The notes beneath the pieces are model-generated. The model worked only from the letters and a program-made list of their open reading frames with translations. It had not been told where the DNA came from and did not search any database. DNA of 64,000 nt, from positions 32,001 through 96,000 of IMG/VR virus record IMGVR_UViG_3300025724_000001; one strand, written 5' to 3'. The DNA comes from a virus. Lineage: Duplodnaviria > Caudoviricetes. The position numbers were made by a program, and so were the translations under genes. The stretch's first letter is position 1, and each line of letters begins with the position of its first letter. Positions 31,870 to 41,493 of the stretch are shown piece after piece.

Positions 31870-34800
31870 TGGCACGTTACAAAGTACCTAGTCAAGCCGC
31901 AAGCGGCGCGGATTCATTTAGTGACGATTTAGTTGGTCGTCAAATTACCGAAGGTTCAAGCCTAATGACAGGTACTAATTTTATTATTGAAAAAACTATA
32001 CCTGAACGTAATACTAAAGAATTTCGAACACAACCATTTTCTGATTTTTTAACACTTGATGATATTGTTGACGAAAAGCATGTTATTGAGGATTTTGATA
32101 ACACAAAAAAAGAAATCAAATTTAATAATGACAAAAAGAATGCAGATCGTTCACTTTATGGTTCATTAAAACAGAGAATTAGGGTCGCTATTAATAATAT
32201 TATTTCTAAGTATCCGGCAGCAATACAGGTTAATTCAACATTTATTGGTGGTGTTAATTATACTGCAGAGAATATAGTATATTCAAGTCAAACAAACACA
32301 ACCGAATTTGATGTTCCATATAAATTAATATATAATCCTTTAGAAATTATATTAAAAACACCAAAAAGTGGTATTTTACCAGAAACAGATAACAATATAC
32401 GTAATTTTTATTCTTCCTTTACAAAGTATGTTATTGATTTAACTGGTGAAACTTTTAATATTATATCGTATTCTGAACCTGATTCAAATAATAGAATAAC
32501 ATTAAGGGTTGATGGTAATTGTTTTAATGGATATTCTGCATTTACCAAAAACTATCTTATTAGGCCAACAGATGGAATTGTTGAAAATTTTTATGAACAA
32601 TTAGATGATCTTGAGCGGGTTTTAATTAATAGAGAAACAAATCCAAAATTTACTGCTGCGTTTAATGTACCAAGGGATAGTAGTGATGGTTCATCAACTG
32701 AAACTGTTACTATAAATGTAAATTGGCCAATATCTAATGACGGTTGGAACATATCAATTGTTGGTTTATTATTTGATTATTATATAGATAAGATAAGTTC
32801 TTTGGCTGATGAAGTCGATAATTATAAATCTAATTTAATTGTTAGATTTTTAACATCACCTCAATTATATGAATTTGATACGGATGATAAAAAAATCGAA
32901 GCCGTTTTCCAAATTTATGGTCGGGCATTTGATAATGTGAAAAAATTTATTGATAACATTGCGTATATGAGAAATGTAAGCTACGATGGTATCAATAATG
33001 TTCCTGATATTTTATTAAAAAACCTAGCTGAAACATTAGGATTATCAACAATAAATTTATTCACTGAAAAAACACTTGAAGAGTCACTTTATACGCGACA
33101 CGACACTCAATATGATGGTGTTTCATTAGGAACTAATTTGATTGAGGCCGAATATGAATTTTATAGAAGAATATTAGTTAATCTGGCGTTTCTTTATAAA
33201 TCAAAAGGAACTAGAACAGCAATTGAATTTTTCTTAAAATTTATTGGTGCACCGGAGCCAATGATTAGATTGGATGAATATGTTTATAAAGTTGATGGAT
33301 CACTTCCATCGCAAACAATCGAAGACGATATTAGAAATGTAATTCAGAGTCAGGTGTCGTCTAGTGTGATGACATGGGATGAAAATCTTTCTGGTTATAC
33401 ATTAACGCGGTTTTCGGGTGAGACGAGATTAACGAGAGACAAATATCCGGTTGATGAAGACACTGGATTTCCAAGAGGTATTGAATATCCTGATGGCTCG
33501 ATGTTTTTTCAAAAAGGTGCGGGGTGGTATAAACGAACACTACATCACAGATCATCAGAGGTGATTGATTATGATAATTCCAATTTAACTGGACGAACCA
33601 AAGTAATTAAAACCAAACCCGCCCCATTTACATATGGGGAAGATTATTTCGATGTTTATAGACAACTTCCAGGATTAAATTATGGGTATTCGTTAGTTTC
33701 CAATGTTGATAATAAAAAAATTGAGTTAGTAGATGATGAGGCAATATCAAGGTTAACATTAAATAGAAAAAATGTTAATGTGTTTTTGTCTGCCGATAGA
33801 GCAATTGATTATGACATATATCGAAAATCCAGAGATTTAATGTTGAATTTTGGTGTGTTAACACCACAAACAGGGGTAACATTTGCTGAATTTTTGAGTA
33901 ATGTAACAAATGACATTATAAGTAATTCCCATGTTGTTAAATATCAGAATACATATGATAGTCTATTGAGAGTATATTGGGCTTATCAGAACCAAATATT
34001 ATTTACACCATATAACTATATTTCGGTAAATGAATTTATTAACAGATTAAGTCCATATTGGGTTGATATTATCGAACAATTTATTCCTGCAACAACATTA
34101 TGGCTGGGTGGAAATTTAATTGAAAATAGTATATTCAATAGATCAAAATACAAACATAAAAGACCAGTGGGGTCGACAGCATATATTGAAGTTTTATATC
34201 CTGATTTTGAAACAGTAATCGTTGAAGATCTAAGAACATTTATAGGCGGTGGAACTGTAGATAATACTAGTTATGAAAGTTATTTTAGGGGTTTAACATC
34301 GTTTTATGGTGTTTCATATACAATTACATTAGAGATTAATGGAACTGTTTATAGTAGACAAACAGGTAATTTAAGAACATTCACTGGATTTACACCGACA
34401 AGTCCGTGTACAAGGTTAACACCAACAACAGAATCAATACCTCTTATATGTGATTATGTGGGAAGTACTTTATTTAGTGAGATTAACGCAATTGAAAATA
34501 TGCGAGATGAGTGGAAAGATATAGTTAATACGTTAGTCGAAGAAATAAGTACCGATGAAAATAGTGAATATACGGTAACTGCAGTGTTTTGCAATACACC
34601 GGATAATGTAGAATACGTCGCATTTACTGTCACACCAAAAGATAACACTCGTATAATCGAATCGTTTGATTATTATTTTACACCATCATATGGCTTATAT
34701 CATGATGAAACCAATATGGAGGCAAGAGTTGAACCTATTAACACATTAATTTTTAGTGGTGATAGTAATTGTGAGTTATATACTGATATTAACATATTAA

Positions 34801-37800
34801 CAAACATATATGGCTATATACCAACAATTGTGGGTGATGAAAGTGGCAATAGTATGCCGGCATATATACAATTTAATTGTGATGAACCCATTAATGTTCT
34901 TCCGATGCAATCTGAATGTAGTTATTCGATTACTGGTTTTAGTGAGACAAGTTCACATGAATTAATTTTATCAGATGCGGCAAACACCGAAGTTCACTTG
35001 AAAATTAACGGATTACAATACGTTGTTACAGACTGGACGGATACTTTGAGTGGATTTACGGCGTGGCCAAAAGTTGAATATCGGCCAAGTTATGATTACG
35101 GACTAAAAAAAGGTACATATGTGTTAAAGGTGAATGGTGGTGGTGTACCTACTACATACCAAGAACTTGAAGTAGCGATAAGTAATGGTAATATTATCGA
35201 AGAGTTAGTTGAAAATATTGTGAGCGGTGATACATTATTATCAATGACATTAAAATCCGCGTCAGAACTTACCGCGTCACAGTTTCAACTAGCCCCTGTT
35301 AATGGTTATCAATTTGCTTTTGACTATCGTTTTGTTAGTATTGAAAATATTGTATGTTTTAGCTCAATTAAAACGTATTTAATTAATAATAAATTTAAGG
35401 TTTTACCAACAAGTAAAGTTTTGGTTTATAGTGTAATCGAATGTGTTCGTCCATCGTTTCTTTTTAAATATCCCGAAGATTTGTACGTAGAAGTAAGTGG
35501 TTCAACAAGCGCAGAATATTTGATTACTGAAACAGGCTTTCCAATTAAAGTAACATCAGTTGAATTTACTAATTGTGATGTTCATGACATTTATTATCAA
35601 TTAAATACACACGAAGATACGAGTAATGTTGTGTTATTTGATGGTATGTTAACTGGTGATGATAAAATAATTGTATCGTATGTTAAAGAAGATATCACCA
35701 TTTTTGATTTTCAATTACGTCAGTACTGTATAGATTCTGCTCGTGGTGTTGATGAGGACCATCCATTAAATACTTTAACAAATAGACCATCAACGTTTAC
35801 TGGGTGGTGTTATAATGGCATTCCACCAACACCTTCAGCAACTCCAGTAATAAGTCCGTCAAATACACCGATGGTGACTAGAACACCAACTACAACACCC
35901 GTAATAGTTTCATCTACTTTATCAGTAACGAGCACACCAAGTGCATCACTAGTTCTTTCAGCAACACCAACGGTAACACCTAGTGTTACGTTTAGTGGTG
36001 TTCCATCTATCACGCCAAGTATTTCGGTTAGTAGAACGCCAACAATAACACCTAGTGTTACGTTTAGTGGTGTTCCATCCGTCACGCCAAGTATTTCGGT
36101 TAGTAGAACGCCAACAATAACACCTAGTATTTCGGTTAGTAGAACGCCAACAATAACACCTAGTATTTCGGTTAGTAGAACGCCAACTATATCAGTATCG
36201 AATACTCCTGGTGTATCTATAACACCATCAATAAGTGTTAGTCCTAGTATTTCAGTTAGTAGAACACCAACCAGAACACCTAGTATTTCAGTTAGTAGAA
36301 CACCAACACCTACTATTAGTGTTTCATTATCGCAAGTACCATCTGTCACGCCTAGTATTTCAATTAGTAGAACACCAACAAGGACACCAAGTATAACAAT
36401 TAGTAGAACACCGAGTGCGACAATACCGATGTACACTGCTTGTGGTACATATAGTTTAGGGTTAAATGGTGTTAGTGGTGGTTCTTTTTTAAGTGCTGGT
36501 ATATTAACTGGCACAACAACACCAAGTGATTATGTTATTGAATGGAGAATGAATTCGACTTCAGGAACTGTAGTCTTTACGACGGGTTCACGTTATGAAT
36601 ATGATGCTACAATTCAAAGAGAACATCCATTTGTTGATGAAATTGTCGAGTCAGGAACGTTATATCCGGTGATAAGAAAGATATTAATTGGTGGATACAC
36701 CTATACACCAACTTATGAATCCGGAAATAGATTAAGTTCGGATTTATTAACTTGCTTACCATCAGTGGTTATTACACCAATAACATGTGATAGTACATAT
36801 GGTGTTGATCCAGATAATGTTTATCCGTTTAATTTAATTTATGAAAACAAAAATGATGGTGGATTAAATAAATCAAGAATATTCACATATCAATTATATA
36901 ATGATACCAAATATATGGCGGTTGAATTTTTTGGTTTTGAAGTTTCTGAACAATTAAAAATATATTATTGTACAACAAACAATCCAAATGGAACTTTAAT
37001 TGAAAATTGGGTTCATGGTTTATATTATACGGGTAGTACTCATTTAACTACTTATGTGTATTTAAGAACATCAATTTATAGTGGTATGTCTTGGAATGGT
37101 GGTGGTTTGTATCCAGTTAATTATCCAACAAATCCTCGAATTGCATATATAAATTATTCAAATTGTAATCCATTAAGATTTGTTTTTAAAATGACAGATT
37201 TTACGTGGACTAACGGTGATTATTTAAAATTTGAAATTATTGGTAGTGTATTTGAACCAGACAAAATAAACACGAACTGGAGACTTAGACTTGATTGTGT
37301 TGACGAACTTGATGTGTTGTCATGTGATTATAATCTTAGTAGTGATGTAAATAAAATAAATTCAACACCGGTAATGGTTTATTCGGGAGATCCTGAATGT
37401 AATTATATTGTTTATTATAACACGTTATCAGGTTATACATTACCAGACAGAACGAACCCAAATACTCCATGGATGCATAGATACATAACATCTAATATTC
37501 TTTCATCTGGAAATTCTATAGGTGGGTTTGAAAATACACAAATTGGAATATTATGTCCTTGGAAAATATCATCTGCCTATTCTTTAGTAATATATAACAC
37601 AGGATATAATACCTGTATGAATATGGCTGCGGGGCAAACAATTACAATCACAAAAGACACAACATCAATAACATTTACATTTAGTGACATTGCTGACTTT
37701 AATGATGCACAAAGTGATTATTCACAAATAACTGGTTCTACAGAATGGGCAACATGGGCTTCATATCCCGATACGAATGTGAGTTATTATGGTTATTATA

Positions 37801-39575
37801 GAATAATGTCGAGAATAGCTTCGTCATGTGGTGATGACTATGTTGATATTGATTGGTGTTTCTTTAGAACAGCACCTGTAGTGTTTAATTCAGTTAATAA
37901 AACAATGAATATTGTGTTTGTAATTCCAACAAACAATATAACACCAACACAATGTGATAATAGTTATCAGATGGTTAATTCTGTAATAACTATGTTAACA
38001 CAGACAAAAAATAGAGTTATACCTACCGGATTAAATGTTACATCTTGTAGGTATGAAGGGCTTTTAATAGCATATCGTCTTACTAAAATTACATCACAAA
38101 CAAATCCAACAGCACGCCGTTATAGAATAACAACAATAGAAGATGTGTTTGTAAATGGTTTATGTGATTTGTCAAATTATGGTTTTTGTAAGGGTATTGA
38201 CACTGGTTATCCGACAGCTTGGGTGATGTATAAATTTTATGATAGAATTAGATTTGGTGATGTTTCCACACATGAAACACGAATGAATACATGGTGTCTC
38301 GATAGGGCTAAGGGATTACGAACAGATAATTGTAATGATTTTGGTGAAAGTAATTGGGAAACTGTGTATTGTGCATCGGGTTCAACACCATCACCAAGTA
38401 TAACTCCGAGTGCATCAACACCAACACCAAGTGGGGCTGGTGTATATCAATATGATATTGTGACACACACCACACACGCTTCTAGTGATGGTGCTTGTGC
38501 GTCTATGAATCTTCCTGATGATACAATTTATATGGCAACATCTTCACCCATTATTGGATATTATGCATATAGTGATGCGGCATTGTCGTTTCCTTTCCAA
38601 GGTGATCAACGCTGGTATTACACAAAAAGTAATACTATTGAATATGCAGTACAAATAATGATTGATGGTTATATAAATGATGTGGTTAATTGTAGTACAA
38701 CATTACCAACACCATCACCTACCATATCTTTAAGTAAAACACCGTTTCCGTCACGATCTATAACACCAACACCATCACCTACGATATCATTTTCTAGAAC
38801 ACCTAGTACGACACCAACAAAGGCTATTGTTGCTGTAACAAATAATGCTAGCATACCATTGATTGAGAATGTTATGGTAAATGATGGATCAATTTCTTCT
38901 AGTGGTTTTCCGTTGAGTTATTTAGATACTTTAACAGGAACTACATCAAATTTGGGTTCACAGAATATTGATGTTTATATTTCATATTGGGATGGTGGTT
39001 CTAATTATATTAAATTTATTGATAGCAATAATATTACACATTATAGTTCACTAGTTGGTAGTTCACCATATGGAGAAATAACACACACACTTTCTAGTGT
39101 TTATATTTCATTATCTAGGCCGATTATACTTTCGTTGGAAGATGGAACACCGCCGGCACCTAGTTCTACACCAAGTGTCACAAGAACTATTACACGCACA
39201 CCAAGTTCTAGTAGTGGTGCTAGCCCAACACCATCACGAACAGTAACACCAACACCAACACCAAGTCCATTTGGCCCGACAATTAATGTTGTTAATGCCG
39301 GAACATACAGTATTACTAATATACAAGTAAATAATATAACAATACCAGATATTAATTTTCCAATTTTATCATCACAGTCAGCCATTGGGCACACAACAGT
39401 TTATAGTACTAGTACATCAATTACAGTCACATTAAGTCAGGGTTCATTTGGGGAAAGTATAACAGTAAATAATGATTGTCAAGGTACTGATGGTGGTGGT
39501 GATTATTCCTTTATAGGTGTTAATACAACTGTAGGTACAATAACAATTGGTTATATGACAGGGTCATGTCAATAA
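31869..39575 (+). CDS. Giant baseplate protein (P2 gpI/T4 gp7-like core) with degenerate Hint domain and accessory domains
   Basis: LLKNLAETLG...YRRILVNLAFLYKSKGTRTAIEFFL wedge motif; Hint-like block 35100-35660; mucin-like linkers. Confidence 0.75.
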   Translation: MARYKVPSQAASGADSFSDDLVGRQITEGSSLMTGTNFIIEKTIPERNTKEFRTQPFSDFLTLDDIVDEKHVIEDFDNTKKEIKFNNDKKNADRSLYGSLKQRIRVAINNIISKYPAAIQVNSTFIGGVNYTAENIVYSSQTNTTEFDVPYKLIYNPLEIILKTPKSGILPETDNNIRNFYSSFTKYVIDLTGETFNIISYSEPDSNNRITLRVDGNCFNGYSAFTKNYLIRPTDGIVENFYEQLDDLERVLINRETNPKFTAAFNVPRDSSDGSSTETVTINVNWPISNDGWNISIVGLLFDYYIDKISSLADEVDNYKSNLIVRFLTSPQLYEFDTDDKKIEAVFQIYGRAFDNVKKFIDNIAYMRNVSYDGINNVPDILLKNLAETLGLSTINLFTEKTLEESLYTRHDTQYDGVSLGTNLIEAEYEFYRRILVNLAFLYKSKGTRTAIEFFLKFIGAPEPMIRLDEYVYKVDGSLPSQTIEDDIRNVIQSQVSSSVMTWDENLSGYTLTRFSGETRLTRDKYPVDEDTGFPRGIEYPDGSMFFQKGAGWYKRTLHHRSSEVIDYDNSNLTGRTKVIKTKPAPFTYGEDYFDVYRQLPGLNYGYSLVSNVDNKKIELVDDEAISRLTLNRKNVNVFLSADRAIDYDIYRKSRDLMLNFGVLTPQTGVTFAEFLSNVTNDIISNSHVVKYQNTYDSLLRVYWAYQNQILFTPYNYISVNEFINRLSPYWVDIIEQFIPATTLWLGGNLIENSIFNRSKYKHKRPVGSTAYIEVLYPDFETVIVEDLRTFIGGGTVDNTSYESYFRGLTSFYGVSYTITLEINGTVYSRQTGNLRTFTGFTPTSPCTRLTPTTESIPLICDYVGSTLFSEINAIENMRDEWKDIVNTLVEEISTDENSEYTVTAVFCNTPDNVEYVAFTVTPKDNTRIIESFDYYFTPSYGLYHDETNMEARVEPINTLIFSGDSNCELYTDINILTNIYGYIPTIVGDESGNSMPAYIQFNCDEPINVLPMQSECSYSITGFSETSSHELILSDAANTEVHLKINGLQYVVTDWTDTLSGFTAWPKVEYRPSYDYGLKKGTYVLKVNGGGVPTTYQELEVAISNGNIIEELVENIVSGDTLLSMTLKSASELTASQFQLAPVNGYQFAFDYRFVSIENIVCFSSIKTYLINNKFKVLPTSKVLVYSVIECVRPSFLFKYPEDLYVEVSGSTSAEYLITETGFPIKVTSVEFTNCDVHDIYYQLNTHEDTSNVVLFDGMLTGDDKIIVSYVKEDITIFDFQLRQYCIDSARGVDEDHPLNTLTNRPSTFTGWCYNGIPPTPSATPVISPSNTPMVTRTPTTTPVIVSSTLSVTSTPSASLVLSATPTVTPSVTFSGVPSITPSISVSRTPTITPSVTFSGVPSVTPSISVSRTPTITPSISVSRTPTITPSISVSRTPTISVSNTPGVSITPSISVSPSISVSRTPTRTPSISVSRTPTPTISVSLSQVPSVTPSISISRTPTRTPSITISRTPSATIPMYTACGTYSLGLNGVSGGSFLSAGILTGTTTPSDYVIEWRMNSTSGTVVFTTGSRYEYDATIQREHPFVDEIVESGTLYPVIRKILIGGYTYTPTYESGNRLSSDLLTCLPSVVITPITCDSTYGVDPDNVYPFNLIYENKNDGGLNKSRIFTYQLYNDTKYMAVEFFGFEVSEQLKIYYCTTNNPNGTLIENWVHGLYYTGSTHLTTYVYLRTSIYSGMSWNGGGLYPVNYPTNPRIAYINYSNCNPLRFVFKMTDFTWTNGDYLKFEIIGSVFEPDKINTNWRLRLDCVDELDVLSCDYNLSSDVNKINSTPVMVYSGDPECNYIVYYNTLSGYTLPDRTNPNTPWMHRYITSNILSSGNSIGGFENTQIGILCPWKISSAYSLVIYNTGYNTCMNMAAGQTITITKDTTSITFTFSDIADFNDAQSDYSQITGSTEWATWASYPDTNVSYYGYYRIMSRIASSCGDDYVDIDWCFFRTAPVVFNSVNKTMNIVFVIPTNNITPTQCDNSYQMVNSVITMLTQTKNRVIPTGLNVTSCRYEGLLIAYRLTKITSQTNPTARRYRITTIEDVFVNGLCDLSNYGFCKGIDTGYPTAWVMYKFYDRIRFGDVSTHETRMNTWCLDRAKGLRTDNCNDFGESNWETVYCASGSTPSPSITPSASTPTPSGAGVYQYDIVTHTTHASSDGACASMNLPDDTIYMATSSPIIGYYAYSDAALSFPFQGDQRWYYTKSNTIEYAVQIMIDGYINDVVNCSTTLPTPSPTISLSKTPFPSRSITPTPSPTISFSRTPSTTPTKAIVAVTNNASIPLIENVMVNDGSISSSGFPLSYLDTLTGTTSNLGSQNIDVYISYWDGGSNYIKFIDSNNITHYSSLVGSSPYGEITHTLSSVYISLSRPIILSLEDGTPPAPSSTPSVTRTITRTPSSSSGASPTPSRTVTPTPTPSPFGPTINVVNAGTYSITNIQVNNITIPDINFPILSSQSAIGHTTVYSTSTSITVTLSQGSFGESITVNNDCQGTDGGGDYSFIGVNTTVGTITIGYMTGSCQ
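35976..36190 (+). repeat. Near-perfect coding tandem repeats (2 x 72 bp, then 36-bp units encoding TPSISVSRTPTI)
   Basis: acacctagtgttacgtttagtggtgttcca... at 35976 and 36048; acacctagtatttcggttagtagaacgccaac at 36120 and 36156. Confidence 0.9.
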
Positions 39576-39595
39576 TGATGAAAAAAATAAAATAA

Positions 39596-41437
39596 ATGGG
39601 ACAAATTAGAGTCATATTAACAGGAATAAGCACATCGAACGATTTTCGAGTATATTACAAACGCGACGATACGGGTTATGGACCATATCCAATAACAGGA
39701 CCAAGTTGGTTAAATTATCCGAACGAAATGGATCCTGATGGTATATTTCCTGCTAGTACATCAGTTATTCGGTTATATGAAACAGTTGTCACATTTGATA
39801 ATGATTATGTTTATTGGATAAAACTTGAAGATGTTAATGATTCAAAAAGATATCTTATTAAAAACATTAAAATCCATGGTGATAATTTCTGTCCGGATAT
39901 TCAAGTCACACCAACAGTAACACCAACAATATCAATAACACCCACACCATCATCGACACCACAAATGACACCAACACCGTCATTAAGTCCGCAAGCATCA
40001 CCGACACCATCACCAACTCAGGGTGTTTCGATAACACCATCACCATCGTTATCTACGACGCCGTCGATTAGTATGTCATTATCACCAACTCGAACACCGT
40101 CGGTTTCACAATCAGCAAGTGTAGATAGTGAAATATATTTTGCATCATTAAGTGGTAATGATGTTGTTATGGGAGTAAACAATGCTCAGGGTAGAACTTT
40201 TAATATTAATTTATATTATCATTTAACCGCAGAAGTCGATAATAATTGGAGTTGTAATCCTAATATACCAAGTGGAAATGCATTACAGACAACAACGAGA
40301 ATTCTTGTATCAACTAATGGTGGTGCAACATGGACAAATAGGGACAGTGTGAGGGCAGAAATACCTGGTGGCGATTGTCAGGATGATTATCAGGAAAAAT
40401 TTGGATATACGACTATTACAAATATAACAAACGTATCTCAAGTTAAAGTACGAATAGAGTATGATTGTTATCAAACACAAGATATTAGTAGGGGTACTGG
40501 ATATGTAACCATATCCTCAGCAATTGTTGTTAATGGTGGTGGTAATGCTGTAGTGATATGTAATGATGAATTTTCTGCCACATGTGATAATCCAAACGAG
40601 CCGGTTAAGATTTTGTGCGGTGGATTACCACCATCACCAATGCCGTCACCACCGCCACCATCACCAAGTTCAACACCGACAAGGGCGTTAATTGTTGTTG
40701 AGAATAACGCTGCTATACCTTCAATTAGTAATGTTATGGTAAATGATGGGCCAATATCTTCTGGTGGGTTCCCATTGACATATTTAGGAATATTAACTGG
40801 ATCTACATCAGATTTGGGTTCACAAAATATTGATATTTATATTACATATTGGGAAGGTGGTTCTAATTATATTAAGTTAACTGATAGTAATAATGTCACA
40901 TATTATAGTAGTTTGATAGGAGAAACGCCAGGTGGTGAAATAACACATATAATTCCTAGTATTTATATTTCATTATCCAGACCGGTCAGACTTTCATTGG
41001 AAGACGGTACACCACCTTCACCAAGCGTCACACCGAGTGTTACAAGAACAGTTACACGTACACCAAGTCCAAGTTTTGGTGCTAGTACTACTCCATCACG
41101 AACAGTAACACCAACACCATCACCATCACCATTTGGACCAACAGTTATTATATATAATATGGGAACATATAATATTAACGAGGTAACAATAGGTACAATA
41201 ACAGTTTCGGGAATTAATTTTCCAATTGTTCCTTCAACTTGGGCTATGGGACATACAACAGTATATAGTACCAACACGGTAGTTGACGTTATGTTAAATC
41301 AAGGTTCAATTGGTGAAAGTGTTTCGGTAAATAATAGTTGTGTAGAAAGTCAAGGAGAAGGTACTTTTACTTTTATTGGTGTTGATACTACTACAGGTCC
41401 GGTTACAATAACTTATGCTATGGGATCATGTGAATAA
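39596..41437 (+). CDS. Accessory tail protein with S/T/P linkers; C-terminal two domains paralogous to those of the upstream gene
   Basis: NNA.IP.I.NVMVNDG.ISS.GFPL...GSC shared with 38820-39575. Confidence 0.7.
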   Translation: MGQIRVILTGISTSNDFRVYYKRDDTGYGPYPITGPSWLNYPNEMDPDGIFPASTSVIRLYETVVTFDNDYVYWIKLEDVNDSKRYLIKNIKIHGDNFCPDIQVTPTVTPTISITPTPSSTPQMTPTPSLSPQASPTPSPTQGVSITPSPSLSTTPSISMSLSPTRTPSVSQSASVDSEIYFASLSGNDVVMGVNNAQGRTFNINLYYHLTAEVDNNWSCNPNIPSGNALQTTTRILVSTNGGATWTNRDSVRAEIPGGDCQDDYQEKFGYTTITNITNVSQVKVRIEYDCYQTQDISRGTGYVTISSAIVVNGGGNAVVICNDEFSATCDNPNEPVKILCGGLPPSPMPSPPPPSPSSTPTRALIVVENNAAIPSISNVMVNDGPISSGGFPLTYLGILTGSTSDLGSQNIDIYITYWEGGSNYIKLTDSNNVTYYSSLIGETPGGEITHIIPSIYISLSRPVRLSLEDGTPPSPSVTPSVTRTVTRTPSPSFGASTTPSRTVTPTPSPSPFGPTVIIYNMGTYNINEVTIGTITVSGINFPIVPSTWAMGHTTVYSTNTVVDVMLNQGSIGESVSVNNSCVESQGEGTFTFIGVDTTTGPVTITYAMGSCE

Positions 41438-41493
41438 TGATGAAAAAATAAATGTTTATATTTATAAGAATAATAGGAATAACGTAAAAAGAA

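Noticed and set aside
35976-36190. CRISPR-like 36-bp repeats
   Set aside because: Head-to-tail with no unique spacers and in frame within a coding linker.
35810-36514. Minus-strand ORFs rich in GVLL/GVIV (also 22280, 25730, 38669, 39101, 40963)
   Set aside because: Antisense shadows of the S/T/P linkers of the plus-strand genes.
38820-41437. Possible diversity-generating retroelement TR/VR pair
   Set aside because: Both copies are coding, mismatches are not adenine-specific, and there is no reverse transcriptase in the window.
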